Below, in pieces: positions 1 through 10,581 of a stretch of 32,000 bases of DNA. The DNA comes from Candidatus Saccharimonadota bacterium (GTDB taxonomy: Bacteria > Bacteroidota > Bacteroidia > Flavobacteriales > Blattabacteriaceae), in the NCBI GenBank assembly GCA_029851085.1, contig CP100318.1:30001-62000 (forward strand), in the 5' to 3' direction. A program made the position numbers and the translations under genes. Positions within the stretch are counted from its first letter, which is position 1, and every line of letters begins with the position of its first letter. Below the pieces are notes generated by a model, which made no database searches, was not told the DNA's origin, and worked only from the letters and a program-made list of their open reading frames with translations.

Positions 1-84
1 AATATTATGAATTTTATTAAATACAATATTAAAGATACTTTTATTAAAATTTTTGATGAAAAATATAAAAATTGTTATAAATAA
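1..84 (+). CDS. 3' end of an unidentified CDS that enters from the left window edge
   Basis: Frame 1 is open from base 1 (NIMNFIKYNIKDTFIKIFDEKYKNCYK) to TAA at 82-84. It is too short to identify. Confidence 0.3.
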   Translation, partial: NIMNFIKYNIKDTFIKIFDEKYKNCYK

Positions 85-345
85 TTGGATTTACATATGA
101 TTTTATTTATAAGTTTTGAAGAAAGTTTTTTTATAATTTTTGTTGCTATACTGTTATTTGGTGTAGATCAAATTCCTGAAATAGCAATGGTATTAGGTAA
201 ATCTATATATAAAATACGTTATTCTATAAATAAAATAAAAAAAGAAATGTGGGAATATTATGAAAAAGAAGAATTTTCAAAAAAATTAAAAAAAGAAAAA
301 AAAGAATTAGATGATAATTTTTCAGGTTCTATAAAACGAACATAA
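85..345 (+). CDS. tatA: Twin-arginine translocase TatA/TatE-family subunit
   Basis: Small protein with an N-terminal TM helix followed by a TatA-like hinge and amphipathic helix (FFIIFVAILLFGVDQIPEIAMVLGKSIYKI) and a charged tail. The track start is TTG at 85. ATG at 97 (MILFIS...) is an equally plausible start. Confidence 0.6.
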   Translation: MDLHMILFISFEESFFIIFVAILLFGVDQIPEIAMVLGKSIYKIRYSINKIKKEMWEYYEKEEFSKKLKKEKKELDDNFSGSIKRT

Positions 346-348
346 TGT

Positions 349-1836
349 TTATGTTTTAATTTTAAAAGTTGTAATATTCTTATTATCTTCAAGTGTTATT
401 CCTAATTCTTTTAATTCATTTCTTATATTATCTGATAATATCCAATTTTTTTCAGAACGAGCGTTATTACGAATTTTTATTAGTAAATTTATTAACTTTT
501 TAGAAACATTATCTATTTTTTCAATTGGTTCAAGTCCTAAAACTTTAAAAATAAAATTATGCATAGTATTTTTAAATAGTAAAAAATCATCAATACCTAA
601 TTTTAGAACGCCTTTTTCAAGTAATTCTATGTATTTAGTTGCTTTAAATAAAAGTGAAATTAACATTGGACTATTAAAATCATCATCCATAGCTTTATGA
701 CATTCTTCTTTCCAAGAAAAGACATCAAAAGTTGATACCACATTATCTGTATCGGCATAATAAATATTATCTAATTTTTTAAATTTATTCATTAAACTAT
801 AATATGTTCGTTCAGCATCAATAAGCGCATCATTAGAAATATTTATAATACTACGATAATGATTTTTTAAAATAAAAAAACGTACTATATTAGGATGAAA
901 AGGTTTTTCTAAAAAAGTATTTTTACCACTAAAAATATCTTTAGGTAATAATATATTCATAGTAGATTTACTCATTTTATAACCATTTAATGTTAACATA
1001 TTAGTATGTATCCAAAAGTTAATTGTTTTTTGATTATAAATACCTTGAATTTGTGCTAATTCACATTCATGATGTGGAAATTTCAAATCTAGACCTCCAC
1101 CATGTATATCAAAAAATTTACCTAAATATTTAACACTCATAGTTGAACATTCTAAATGCCAACTAGGAAATCCATTTCCCCAAGGAGATGGCCAATGCAT
1201 TATATGATTTATGGGAGCTTTTTTCCATAATGCAAAATCTTTAGGATTACGTTTTTCTTGTTGTTTTTTTAAAAATCTACTTGATTCTATTAAATTATCA
1301 ATTTTATGTTTGCTTAAAATTCCATATTCATAATTTTTATTATAAGCTTCAATATTAAAATATACTGAACCGTTAACTTCATAAGCTAATCCTTTTTTAA
1401 TTAAAATTTTAATATATTCAATTTGATCGATTATATGACCTGTAGCTGTAGGTTCAATACTAGGTGGTAAAATATTAAATAGATATAAAGTCTGATGAAA
1501 ATCAATAGTATATTTTTGAACAATTTCCATAGGTTCAAGTTTTTCTATTTTAGCCTTTTTTCCAATTTTATCTTCTCCTTCATCATTATCATTTTCTAAA
1601 TGACCAACATCAGTAATATTACGTACATAACGCACTTTATAACCTAAATATTTAAAATATCTAAATATTAAATCAAAATGTATAAAAGTTCTGCAATTGC
1701 CTAAATGAATTTTATTATAAACTGTAGGTCCACAAACATACATACCAACATGTCCTTTAATAATTGGATTAAATATTTCTTTTTTTCCTGTAATAGAATT
1801 ATATATTTTTATATTACGTTTAATAATTTTTTTCAT
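349..1836 (-). CDS. cysS: Cysteinyl-tRNA synthetase
   Basis: 495 aa with class I motifs HLGN (HIGH) and KMSKS. N-terminal [20 protein letters not shown] is typical of CysRS. Confidence 0.95.
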   Translation of the reverse strand: MKKIIKRNIKIYNSITGKKEIFNPIIKGHVGMYVCGPTVYNKIHLGNCRTFIHFDLIFRYFKYLGYKVRYVRNITDVGHLENDNDEGEDKIGKKAKIEKLEPMEIVQKYTIDFHQTLYLFNILPPSIEPTATGHIIDQIEYIKILIKKGLAYEVNGSVYFNIEAYNKNYEYGILSKHKIDNLIESSRFLKKQQEKRNPKDFALWKKAPINHIMHWPSPWGNGFPSWHLECSTMSVKYLGKFFDIHGGGLDLKFPHHECELAQIQGIYNQKTINFWIHTNMLTLNGYKMSKSTMNILLPKDIFSGKNTFLEKPFHPNIVRFFILKNHYRSIINISNDALIDAERTYYSLMNKFKKLDNIYYADTDNVVSTFDVFSWKEECHKAMDDDFNSPMLISLLFKATKYIELLEKGVLKLGIDDFLLFKNTMHNFIFKVLGLEPIEKIDNVSKKLINLLIKIRNNARSEKNWILSDNIRNELKELGITLEDNKNITTFKIKT

Positions 1837-1874
1837 ACTTTATGTAAAATTACTATTTTTATATAATATATTAT

Positions 1875-3341
1875 ATGGCACAATTAACTTCACGTAGAGA
1901 AGATTATTCTAAATGGTATAATGAAATTATAATTAAAGCTAATTTAGCAGAAACATCTAATGTACGTGGATGTATGATTATAAAACCTTATGGGTTTGCT
2001 ATATGGGAAAAAATACAAAATATTTTAAATAAAAAATTTAAAAATACTGGACACGATAACATTTATTTTCCATTATTTATTCCTAAATCTTTATTTTCAA
2101 AAGAAGCTTGTCACATTGATGGATTTTCACAAGAATGTGCTGTTGTTACCCATTATAGATTAAAAAAAAAAGATAATAATATTATAATAGATCCTGAAGC
2201 TAAATTGGAAGAAGAACTTATAGTAAGACCAACTTCTGAAACAATTATTTGGCATACTTATCGTCGTTGGATTAAATCATATCGAGATTTACCTATATTA
2301 ATTAATCAATGGGCTAATATAATACGTTGGGAAATGCACACTCGTTTATTTTTACGTACTTCTGAATGTCTTTGGCAAGAAGGTCATACTGCTCATACTA
2401 ATAAAAAAGAAGCTGTATGTGAAGCTAAGCAAATGCTAAATATTTATACTAATTTTATAGAAAATTATATGGCTATACCTGTAATTCAAGGAGTAAAAAC
2501 AGCTATTGAACGATTTGCTGGAGCTGAAGAAACTTATTGTATTGAAGCAATTATGCAAAATGGTAAGGCTCTTCAAATAGGAACTTCTCATTTTTTAGGT
2601 CAAAATTTTTCTAAGGCTTTTAATGTAAAATTTACTAATAATAAAGGATATCAAGAATACGTCTGGGGAACATCGTGGGGAATATCTACTCGTCTTATAG
2701 GTGCATTAATAATGATTCATTCAGATGATAAAGGTCTTGTTTTACCGCCTAAATTAGCTCCTATACAAACTGTTATAATTCCAATATTTAAAAATGAAGA
2801 GCAACTTAAAAGAATAACTAAAATAGTTTCTAATATTAAAAATATTCTTAAAGAGAATAATATTAGTGTTTTTTATGATGATAGAAATATTTATACTCCA
2901 GGATGGAAATTTAATGAATATGAGTTAAAAGGTGTTCCTATACGTATTAATATTGGTATAAAAGACTTAGAAAAAGGCATGGTAGAAATTGTAAGACGTG
3001 ATAATTTAAATAAACAATTTGTTAATTATAATTATATAGGAAAAATAATACCTGAGTTATTAACAATAATTCAAAAAAATCTTTTTAAAAAAGCTTTAGA
3101 ACGTAGAAATAATTTTATTACTAAAGTTGATGATTATAATGAATTTAAAAAAATTTTAAATGAAAAAGGAGGTTTTATTTTGGCACACTGGGATGGTACA
3201 TCAGAAACAGAAAAAAAAATTAAACTTGATACAAAAACAACTATTCGTTGTATTCCGTTAAAAAAATCAAAAGAAAAAGGTAAATGTATTTATTCAGGAA
3301 AACCTTCTAATCAACGTGTTTTTTTTGCTAAAGCATATTAA
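1875..3341 (+). CDS. proS: Prolyl-tRNA synthetase (archaeal/eukaryote-like type common in Bacteroidota)
   Basis: 488 aa. Contains [39 protein letters not shown] and the C-terminal ...FAKAY. Confidence 0.95.
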   Translation: MAQLTSRREDYSKWYNEIIIKANLAETSNVRGCMIIKPYGFAIWEKIQNILNKKFKNTGHDNIYFPLFIPKSLFSKEACHIDGFSQECAVVTHYRLKKKDNNIIIDPEAKLEEELIVRPTSETIIWHTYRRWIKSYRDLPILINQWANIIRWEMHTRLFLRTSECLWQEGHTAHTNKKEAVCEAKQMLNIYTNFIENYMAIPVIQGVKTAIERFAGAEETYCIEAIMQNGKALQIGTSHFLGQNFSKAFNVKFTNNKGYQEYVWGTSWGISTRLIGALIMIHSDDKGLVLPPKLAPIQTVIIPIFKNEEQLKRITKIVSNIKNILKENNISVFYDDRNIYTPGWKFNEYELKGVPIRINIGIKDLEKGMVEIVRRDNLNKQFVNYNYIGKIIPELLTIIQKNLFKKALERRNNFITKVDDYNEFKKILNEKGGFILAHWDGTSETEKKIKLDTKTTIRCIPLKKSKEKGKCIYSGKPSNQRVFFAKAY

Positions 3342-3381
3342 TATTATATTATAATAATAATTATTATAATGATTTTAAACA

Positions 3382-3585
3382 ATGAAATTAATTACTATTG
3401 TAAAAGAAGGTGAATCTATTGATAAAGTTTTAAAAAGATATAAAAAAAAATTTGATCAAGCACGTATTATGAAAGAATTACGTGAACGACAACAATATAT
3501 TAAACCTTCTGAAATTAGAAGAAATAAAATAATAAAGGCTAAATATAAAGAACGTATTAAATTAATTCAAGAAGAAGAATTATGA
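3382..3585 (+). CDS. rpsU: 30S ribosomal protein S21
   Basis: 67 aa, basic. VKEGESIDKVLKRYKKKF...RERQQYIKPSEIRR is S21-like. Its TGA stop overlaps the mnmE ATG (ATGA). Confidence 0.9.
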   Translation: MKLITIVKEGESIDKVLKRYKKKFDQARIMKELRERQQYIKPSEIRRNKIIKAKYKERIKLIQEEEL

Positions 3586-4961
3586 ATAATGATTTTTTGC
3601 AAAATGATACAATAGCTGCTATTGCCACACCTAATGGATGTGGTGCTATTGCTATTATTCGTATTTCTGGTTCTATTGCTATAGAAGTTGTTGATAATTT
3701 ATTTAATCCAATTAATAAAAATAAAAAATTAATAAATCAACCTTCATATACTATTCATTTAGGATGGTTATATGACAATAATAAAATTTTAGATCAGGTT
3801 TTAATTTCTTTATTCAAAGCTCCAAATTCATATACTGGTGAAGATATAGTGGAAATTTATTGTCATGGTTCTCCATATATACAAAAAAGTATATTACAAA
3901 CTATTATTAGGAAAGGTATACGTTTAGCTCGTAATGGTGAATTTACTATGCGTGCTTTTTTAAAAGGTAAAATGGATCTTTCACAAGTTGAAGCTTTAGC
4001 AAATCTTATATATTCTAAATGTGAAGTTACTCATAATATAGCTATACAACATATTAAAAAAAGTTATATTACTGATATAAAAAATTTATATAAAAAAATT
4101 ATAAATTTTGTTTCATTAATTGAATTAGAATTAGATTTTTCTGAAGAAAATTTTATTCTTGTAAATAAGTCAGATCTTTATAAAACTTTATTTCAATTAG
4201 AAAATATTATAAAAAATATGAGAAATGCATTTAAATTAGGGAATGCAATTAAAGAAGGTATTTCTGTAGCAATAATAGGTAAACCTAATGTAGGAAAATC
4301 TACATTATTTAATGCATTAATAAATTCAGATGAAGCAATAATATCAGAATTAGCAGGAACTACACGAGATGCACTAGAACATAGTATTATTATAAATGGT
4401 TTATTATTTAGATTTATTGATACTGCAGGTATACATTATACAATGAATAATTTGGAAAATTTGGGAATTAAAAAAACTTTTGAAAAAATATTAGAATCAC
4501 AAATAATACTATATTTAGTAGATGTTTATTCTTTTGAAGAAAAAAAAATACACGATATTATTAATTACTTTAATAAACATTATCCATTAAAAAAAATATT
4601 AATTATTGTTAATAAATCAGATTTAGGGAATTTTACCTTTAAAAAAAATGATTATGTATATATAATATCTGCAAAATATAATACCAATATAAAAGATTTA
4701 ATTAATGCTATTACCAATTTAGTTTATAATAATATTGTTAAAGATGATTCAATTATTACTCAAAATATATATTATGAAGCTTTAAATGGAACATTAAAAT
4801 CTATAAATAATGTAAAAAAGGGATTATATAAAAACTTACCTGAAGATTTATTAACAATAGATATTCGACTTATATTAAATTTTTTATCCAAAATTATAGG
4901 TAAAATAAATAATGAAGATATATTAGAAAATATATTTTCTCGTTTTTGCATAGGTAAATAA
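3582..4961 (+). CDS. mnmE: tRNA modification GTPase MnmE (TrmE)
   Basis: 459 aa with N-terminal DTIAAIATPNGCGAIAIIRISG, G1 motif GKPNVGKSTLFNAL and the C-terminal CIGK signature. Confidence 0.95.
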   Translation: MNNDFLQNDTIAAIATPNGCGAIAIIRISGSIAIEVVDNLFNPINKNKKLINQPSYTIHLGWLYDNNKILDQVLISLFKAPNSYTGEDIVEIYCHGSPYIQKSILQTIIRKGIRLARNGEFTMRAFLKGKMDLSQVEALANLIYSKCEVTHNIAIQHIKKSYITDIKNLYKKIINFVSLIELELDFSEENFILVNKSDLYKTLFQLENIIKNMRNAFKLGNAIKEGISVAIIGKPNVGKSTLFNALINSDEAIISELAGTTRDALEHSIIINGLLFRFIDTAGIHYTMNNLENLGIKKTFEKILESQIILYLVDVYSFEEKKIHDIINYFNKHYPLKKILIIVNKSDLGNFTFKKNDYVYIISAKYNTNIKDLINAITNLVYNNIVKDDSIITQNIYYEALNGTLKSINNVKKGLYKNLPEDLLTIDIRLILNFLSKIIGKINNEDILENIFSRFCIGK

Positions 4962-4962
4962 T

Positions 4963-5766
4963 ATGAAATTATTACATAACAAAAAAGGTATTATATTTGG
5001 TGCTTTAAATGAAGATTCTATAGCTTGGAAAGTTGCTGAACGTGCTTATGAAGAAGGAGCATATATTGTTTTAAGTAATACACCTATGGCTTTAAAAATA
5101 GGAAATATTTATAAATTATCTAAAAAAACAAATTCTATAATTATTCCTGCAGATGCAACTTCTTTAAAAGATATTAAAAATCTTTTTAACAAAACAATGG
5201 AACATTTTAATGGAAAAATAGATTTTATACTACATTCTATAGGAATGTCCATTAATATTCGAAAGAAACGTGAATATACAAATATTGATTATAATTGGTT
5301 ACAAAAAAGTTGGGATATATCTGCAGTATCTTTTCATAAAATTATGAAAATTGCTTGGGATAAAGATGCTATTAATGAATGGGGTTCTATTATAGCTTTG
5401 ACATTTATTGGATCTAAACGTATTTTTCATGGTTATAATGATATGGCTGATCATAAAGCATATATTGAAAGTATTGCTCGTAATTTTGGTTATTATTGGG
5501 GAAAAAAATGTAATGTACGTGTTAATACAGTATCACAATCACCTACTAAAACTACCGCTGGTATAGGTATAAAAAATTTTGATATTTTTTTACATTATGC
5601 GAATGAATTATCTCCATTAGGAAATGCATCAGCTGATGATTGTTCAAATTATATAATAACATTATTTTCAGATTTAACTAAAAAGGTGACTATGCAAAAT
5701 TTATATCATGATGGAGGATTTTCTAAAACAGGAATTAATGAATCTATTATAAATAGATTTTTTTAG
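4963..5766 (+). CDS. fabI: Enoyl-[acyl-carrier-protein] reductase (NADH), FabI
   Basis: 267 aa SDR-like protein. N-terminal KGIIFGALNEDSIAWKVAERAYEEGA and HSIGMS...YNDMADHKAYIES are typical of FabI. Confidence 0.9.
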   Translation: MKLLHNKKGIIFGALNEDSIAWKVAERAYEEGAYIVLSNTPMALKIGNIYKLSKKTNSIIIPADATSLKDIKNLFNKTMEHFNGKIDFILHSIGMSINIRKKREYTNIDYNWLQKSWDISAVSFHKIMKIAWDKDAINEWGSIIALTFIGSKRIFHGYNDMADHKAYIESIARNFGYYWGKKCNVRVNTVSQSPTKTTAGIGIKNFDIFLHYANELSPLGNASADDCSNYIITLFSDLTKKVTMQNLYHDGGFSKTGINESIINRFF

Positions 5767-7241
5767 AATTTTTCTGGTTTCATTTGAGGAAATAATAATA
5801 CTTCTTGAATAGAATTTTGTTTAGTTAGTAACATAACTAATCTATCAATACCTATTCCAATTCCTGCTGTTGGTGGCATTCCAAATTCTAATGATCGTAT
5901 AAAATCATAATCTATATTAGATTCATTTTTGTTATAAATTTTTATCTGTTCTTTAAAACGTTCAAGTTGATCAATAGGATCATTAAGTTCAGAATAAGCA
6001 TTAGCTATTTCTTGACCATTTATAATAAGTTCAAATCGTTCAGTCAAATATTTATTGTTACGATGTTTTTTAGTTAATGGACTCATTTCAATAGGATAAT
6101 CAATAATAAAAGTAGGTTGTATGTAATGTTTTTCACATTTTTCACTAAAAATTTCATCTATAATTTTACCTTTATCCATATCATGGGTTGTATTAATACC
6201 TAATTTTTTACAATTTTTTAACAAAGTTTCTTTATCCATTTTACTAATATCTAAATTAGTATGTTGTTTTATTGCTTTAAGTATAGGTATACGAATAAAA
6301 GGAGCTTTAAAATTAATAGTGTTATTATTATTAATTTTGATTTTTGTACTTTTTATTATAGATAATAACATATTTTCTATCATAGAATCTATAAAATCCA
6401 TCATCCAATAATAGTCTTTATATGCTACATAAAGTTCCAAGATAGTAAATTCAGGATTATGTATTCTGTCCATACCTTCATTTCTAAAATCCTTAGCAAA
6501 TTCATATACACCTTTAAAACCTCCAACAATTAATCTTTTTAAATATAATTCATTGGCAATTCGTAAATAAAGTGGTATATTTAACGCATTATGGTAAGTT
6601 ACAAATGGTTTAGCAATAGCTCCTCCTGGAATAGGATGTAAAATAGGAGTTTCAACTTCAATATATCCTTTTTTATTAAAATATTGTCTAATAAATTGAA
6701 TAATTTGATTACGTTTAATAAAAATATCTTTAATATGTTTATTAACTATCAAATCAACATATCTCATACGATAACGTTGCTCAGGATTAGAAAAATTATA
6801 ATGCATTTTTCCATGAGAATCAATTTTAACTGGTGGAATAGGACGTAAAGATTTAGAAAGTAAACATAATTCTTTTACCCAAATAGTTATTTCTCCTAGT
6901 TTAGTTTTGAAAATAAAACCTTTTACACCAATAATATCTCCAATATCTAAAAGTTTTTTAAATATTATATTATATGTATCTTGTGATATCTCATCTCTAA
7001 TAACGTAAATTTGCATACGTCCGCTATCGTCTTGTATATCTGCAAAAGAAGTTTTTCCCATTATTCGCATACTCATTAATCTTCCTGCAATACTTATTTT
7101 TTTTCCTTCTTCATAATTTTCAAAAATTTCTTTAATTGTAATATTTATAGGATAAGTTGCTGATGGATAAGGGTCTATTCCTAATAGTAATAATTTTTTA
7201 AGTTTATTTCTTCGTATAATTTCTTGATCTGATAATTGCAT
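5763..7241 (-). CDS. lysS: Lysyl-tRNA synthetase, class II
   Basis: Contains FRNEGMDRIHNPEFTILELY and GIGIGIDRLVMLL. I place the start at the internal ATG (7241; MQLSDQEIIRRNKL...), which matches typical LysRS N-termini. The track start at 7292 would overlap the lipB start. Confidence 0.93.
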   Translation of the reverse strand: MQLSDQEIIRRNKLKKLLLLGIDPYPSATYPINITIKEIFENYEEGKKISIAGRLMSMRIMGKTSFADIQDDSGRMQIYVIRDEISQDTYNIIFKKLLDIGDIIGVKGFIFKTKLGEITIWVKELCLLSKSLRPIPPVKIDSHGKMHYNFSNPEQRYRMRYVDLIVNKHIKDIFIKRNQIIQFIRQYFNKKGYIEVETPILHPIPGGAIAKPFVTYHNALNIPLYLRIANELYLKRLIVGGFKGVYEFAKDFRNEGMDRIHNPEFTILELYVAYKDYYWMMDFIDSMIENMLLSIIKSTKIKINNNNTINFKAPFIRIPILKAIKQHTNLDISKMDKETLLKNCKKLGINTTHDMDKGKIIDEIFSEKCEKHYIQPTFIIDYPIEMSPLTKKHRNNKYLTERFELIINGQEIANAYSELNDPIDQLERFKEQIKIYNKNESNIDYDFIRSLEFGMPPTAGIGIGIDRLVMLLTKQNSIQEVLLFPQMKPEKF

Positions 7242-7278
7242 TTTATTATTATAAATAAATAAAATAATAAATTTTTTT

Positions 7279-7977
7279 ATGTTAAAAAACATTAAAATCT
7301 TTTTTAAAGATTTAGGTATTAAAGATTATTACAAATCATGGATATATCAAAAAAAACTTGTTGAAAAAATTATTAATCAAAAAAAAAATATAATAAAAAA
7401 TACGTCAAATTATCTTTTATTTGTTGAACATCCTCATGTCTATACTTTAGGTAGAACTGGAAATTATAAGCATTTATTATTAGATAAAAATTTTTTAAAA
7501 AATTTAGGTGCTAGTTTTTATAAAACTGATAGAGGAGGTGATATAACATATCATGGACCTGGTCAATTAGTAGTATATCCTATTTTAGATATGGAGCTTT
7601 TTTTTACAGATATTAATAAATATTTACGTTTTCTTGAAGAAGTTATAATACAGACTTTACGTATTTATGGTATAAAAGGTTTATGTTCAAAAGGAGAAAC
7701 AGGAGTATGGTTAGATGTAGGAAAATCATATACACGTAAAATTTGCGCAATTGGAATTCGTATTAATCGTTGGGTAACTATGCATGGTTTGGCTTTAAAT
7801 ATTAATACAGATTTACGATATTTTAATTATATAATTCCTTGTGGAATTCATGATAAATCAGTTACTTCATTAGCAAAAGAATTGCATTCTAATATAGATA
7901 TGAATGATGTTAAAAACGAGGTTAAAAAAGCTTTTAAAAAAGTTTTTAACGTAAAATTAATTAATATTAGCAATTAA
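7279..7977 (+). CDS. lipB: Octanoyltransferase (lipoyl(octanoyl) transferase) LipB
   Basis: 232 aa with RGGDITYHGPGQLVVYPI, KICAIGIR and IIPCGI motifs. Confidence 0.9.
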   Translation: MLKNIKIFFKDLGIKDYYKSWIYQKKLVEKIINQKKNIIKNTSNYLLFVEHPHVYTLGRTGNYKHLLLDKNFLKNLGASFYKTDRGGDITYHGPGQLVVYPILDMELFFTDINKYLRFLEEVIIQTLRIYGIKGLCSKGETGVWLDVGKSYTRKICAIGIRINRWVTMHGLALNINTDLRYFNYIIPCGIHDKSVTSLAKELHSNIDMNDVKNEVKKAFKKVFNVKLINISN

Positions 7978-9309
7978 TGTTTCAATATTATCATATTCAT
8001 TTTCTTTTCCTAAAATCATGTTTTTTATTGAGATTTTATTTCTTTCAATTTCTTTTTTTCCGATACTTATTATAAATGGTATACTTTTTTTATTAGCATA
8101 TTTTAATTGTTTTATTATTTTAATAGGTTTAGGATATAATTCAGCCGATATATTTTTTGATCTCAATATTTTAATTAATTTATAAGCGTATATAGCTTCA
8201 GAATTTCCAAAATTTATAAATAAAATTTTAGGATAATATTTAATAATGTTTTTAAATAATTTTAATTCTTGCATAAGAATACATATTCTATCTAATCCAA
8301 AAGAAATACCTACTCCTGAAATATTTTTTAATCCAAATATATGTGTAAGATTATCATAACGTCCTCCACCACCAATAGAATAATTTTTATTTTTAGGCAT
8401 AACTTCAAATACTATTCCAGTATAATAATTTAAACCCCTAACTAAATTTAGTTGTAACTCTAAAGTATTATTTAATCCAATTTCTTGTAGTTTATTATAA
8501 ACGAATTTAATATCTTTTATTCCATTTGTTACTTTATTAGAAGAGTTTAATTTTTTAGAAAAAAATTCTATTTTTTCTTTAAAAGTTCCTTTAAATAAAA
8601 AAAACGGTTCTATATATTTAATAATATTATTAGGAATACCTTTTTGTAAAAGTTCTTTTTTTACTCCTTCTAATCCAATTTTATACCATTTATCTAAAGC
8701 TATAAGAATATTATTCCAATAATTATTATCTATATTACATATTTCTAATAATCCTGTAATAATTTCTTTGTGATTAATTAAAATTAATATAGGAATATTT
8801 AATTGAGTAAATATTTCATCATAAAGTTGAATTAATTCTATTTCTTGCCACAAATATTTAGATCCTATCACATCTGCATCACATTGATAAAATTCTCTAA
8901 AACGACCTTTTTGGGGTTTATCTGCTCGCCAAACAGGCTGTATTTGATATCTTTTAAAAGGAAATATTATTTTGTGTTTATGCATAACTACATAACGTAC
9001 AAAAGGTATAGTTAAATCATATCGTAATCCTTTATTAGATATAGTTGATATAATATTTTTATAGTTATTTTCTTTAAATAAAGATTTATTATCCTTAATA
9101 AAGTCTCCAGAATTTAGAATTTTGAATATTAATTTTTCTCCTTCTTCTCCATATTTTTTAGTAAGAGTTGATAGATTTTCAATTGCAGGTGTTTCTATAG
9201 GCTCAAAACCAAAATATTCAAAATTTTTTTTTATTATATTTATAATATAATTTCGTTTATTAATATTTTCTGAGGAAAAATCATGCATTCCTCTAGGAAG
9301 TTTGTACAT
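7957..9309 (-). CDS. hisS: Histidyl-tRNA synthetase
   Basis: 450 aa with MYKLPRGMHDF, FREFYQCDADVIG (motif 2) and GGGGRYDNL (motif 3). Confidence 0.95.
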   Translation of the reverse strand: MYKLPRGMHDFSSENINKRNYIINIIKKNFEYFGFEPIETPAIENLSTLTKKYGEEGEKLIFKILNSGDFIKDNKSLFKENNYKNIISTISNKGLRYDLTIPFVRYVVMHKHKIIFPFKRYQIQPVWRADKPQKGRFREFYQCDADVIGSKYLWQEIELIQLYDEIFTQLNIPILILINHKEIITGLLEICNIDNNYWNNILIALDKWYKIGLEGVKKELLQKGIPNNIIKYIEPFFLFKGTFKEKIEFFSKKLNSSNKVTNGIKDIKFVYNKLQEIGLNNTLELQLNLVRGLNYYTGIVFEVMPKNKNYSIGGGGRYDNLTHIFGLKNISGVGISFGLDRICILMQELKLFKNIIKYYPKILFINFGNSEAIYAYKLIKILRSKNISAELYPKPIKIIKQLKYANKKSIPFIISIGKKEIERNKISIKNMILGKENEYDNIETLIANIN

Positions 9310-9328
9310 TGTATAATTGCAAAAATTT

Positions 9329-9508
9329 TTAATTTATTTTAATAACATTGTTGTTATTGTTTTTTTTAAAAAATTTATTAAATATTTTTTCATATATATT
9401 AATAATAATCCAAAAAGGTATTATTATTATAAATAATATCAAAGACCAAAAACCTGATATAATCATAAATAAAAAAAATAAAAAACCTAAAAATTGTATT
9501 ATTGTCAT
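9329..9508 (-). CDS. Candidate small hydrophobic membrane protein (59 aa), absent from the supplied ORF track
   Basis: My manual translation of the minus strand gives MTIIQFLGFLFFLFMIISGFWSLILFIIIIPFWIIINIYEKIFNKFFKKNNNNNVIKIN*. Its ATG (9508-9506) overlaps the obg TGA stop as ATGA. It is on the same strand as flanking obg and hisS, and has a hydrophobic core followed by a Lys-rich tail. Caveat: T-rich DNA encodes F/I/L-rich ORFs by default. Confidence 0.35.
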   Translation of the reverse strand: MTIIQFLGFLFFLFMIISGFWSLILFIIIIPFWIIINIYEKIFNKFFKKNNNNNVIKIN

Positions 9509-10491
9509 GTTAATTTTTTTTTATCAAAATTTTTAATCATTATATCATATAATTTATTTTTTAATTCTTTTAATCCTTCGTTTGTAATATAAGAAAGAAA
9601 AATATATGGTAAATCTTTAGGTATATTTTTAATAATCGATTTTTTTATATTATCATTGATTTTATCAGATTGAGATATAACTAATATTTTTTTTTTTTTT
9701 TCTAAAATTTTATTGTTATAAAATTTTAGTTTTTTAACTAAAATTTTATATTCATTATTGTGATTATTAGTATCTGCAGGAATAATAAAAATTAATATTT
9801 TATTGTGTTCAATATGTTTAATAAAACGATTACCTAATTTATTAATTCCTATTCCTGGTATATCAATTATTTTAATATTAAAATCTCTATAAAACAAAAC
9901 TCCTATATTAGGTATTAAAGTAGTTAATTTATAATTAGATATTTTAGGTTTAGCATTTGTTAACAAAGAAAGCAAAGTTGATTTACCTGCATTAGGATAT
10001 CCAATTAAACCTATATCAGCTAAAATTTTTAATTCCAAAATTATCCATCCACCTACTCCTGAAATTCCTTTTTGTGCATATTGAGGTGTCTGATTAATAG
10101 AATTTTTAAAATTACAATTACCTAATCCACCTTTACCACCTTTGAATAAAATATTTTCTTTATTATTTATTATTTCTAATAATATTTTTTCTTTTTCATC
10201 TTTAATTATTGTTCCTAAAGGTACTTCTAAAATTAGATCTTTTCCATTAGAACCAGTCATATTATTTTTTTGACCAGAACTACCATACATTGCTTTATTA
10301 TATTTTTTTAAATGAATAAGTGTATCAATTTGTTTATTACCTTTTATAATAATATTTCCTCCTATTCCACCATTTCCTCCATCAGGTCCACCTTTATAAA
10401 AAAATTTTTTTCTATAAAAATGTACTGCTCCAGATCCTCCATCTCCACTTCTACAATATATTTTAATATAATCTAAAAATTTTTTTAACAT
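9505..10491 (-). CDS. obg: GTPase Obg/CgtA
   Basis: 328 aa with a glycine-rich Obg fold (SGDGGSGAVHF...GGPDGGNGGIGGNIII) and G1 motif GYPNAGKSTLLS. It contains an in-frame A15 tract (plus-strand T15 at 9687-9701). Confidence 0.95.
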   Translation of the reverse strand: MLKKFLDYIKIYCRSGDGGSGAVHFYRKKFFYKGGPDGGNGGIGGNIIIKGNKQIDTLIHLKKYNKAMYGSSGQKNNMTGSNGKDLILEVPLGTIIKDEKEKILLEIINNKENILFKGGKGGLGNCNFKNSINQTPQYAQKGISGVGGWIILELKILADIGLIGYPNAGKSTLLSLLTNAKPKISNYKLTTLIPNIGVLFYRDFNIKIIDIPGIGINKLGNRFIKHIEHNKILIFIIPADTNNHNNEYKILVKKLKFYNNKILEKKKKILVISQSDKINDNIKKSIIKNIPKDLPYIFLSYITNEGLKELKNKLYDIMIKNFDKKKLT

Positions 10492-10512
10492 ATTATTTTA
10501 ATAATCTAAAAT

Positions 10513-10534
10513 TATAATCTTTAACAAGATTATA
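10513..10534 (-). terminator. Possible weak hairpin between lpdA and obg
   Basis: A 9-bp A/T-rich stem (tataatctt / aagattata) with loop taac. On the minus strand it is followed by AATTTTAG, which is not a convincing U-tract. Confidence 0.2.
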
Positions 10535-10581
10535 TATCTACTGTAGTTATTCATTTTTGCTTGTGTTCCTTTTCCACAACA

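Noticed and set aside
7242-7292. 17-codon N-terminal extension of lysS (MFFNIKKFIILFIYNNK)
   Set aside because: The extension is hydrophobic junk and would overlap the divergent lipB start. The internal Met gives a canonical LysRS N-terminus (MQLSDQEIIRRNKL).
9505-9507. Possible UGA reassignment (as in some tiny symbiont genomes)
   Set aside because: TGA ends obg, rpsU (3583-3585) and lpdA (10582-10584) at the expected protein ends. Conserved Trp positions, for example the CcsA WWD motif, use TGG. The standard bacterial code fits.
9348-9536. 62-aa plus-strand ORF from the track (MLLLFFLKNLL...)
   Set aside because: It starts at TTG, runs antisense to the obg 3' end and has no recognisable family. 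It is the mirror of the minus-strand small ORF, which has better context (same strand as its neighbours and ATGA coupling).
10555-10581. Slightly G+C-richer stretch after the lpdA stop containing ttgtg...cacaa, considered as an sRNA or terminator
   Set aside because: The stem is only 5 bp with a 9-nt loop and has no U-tract on the lpdA strand. It cannot be distinguished from chance.
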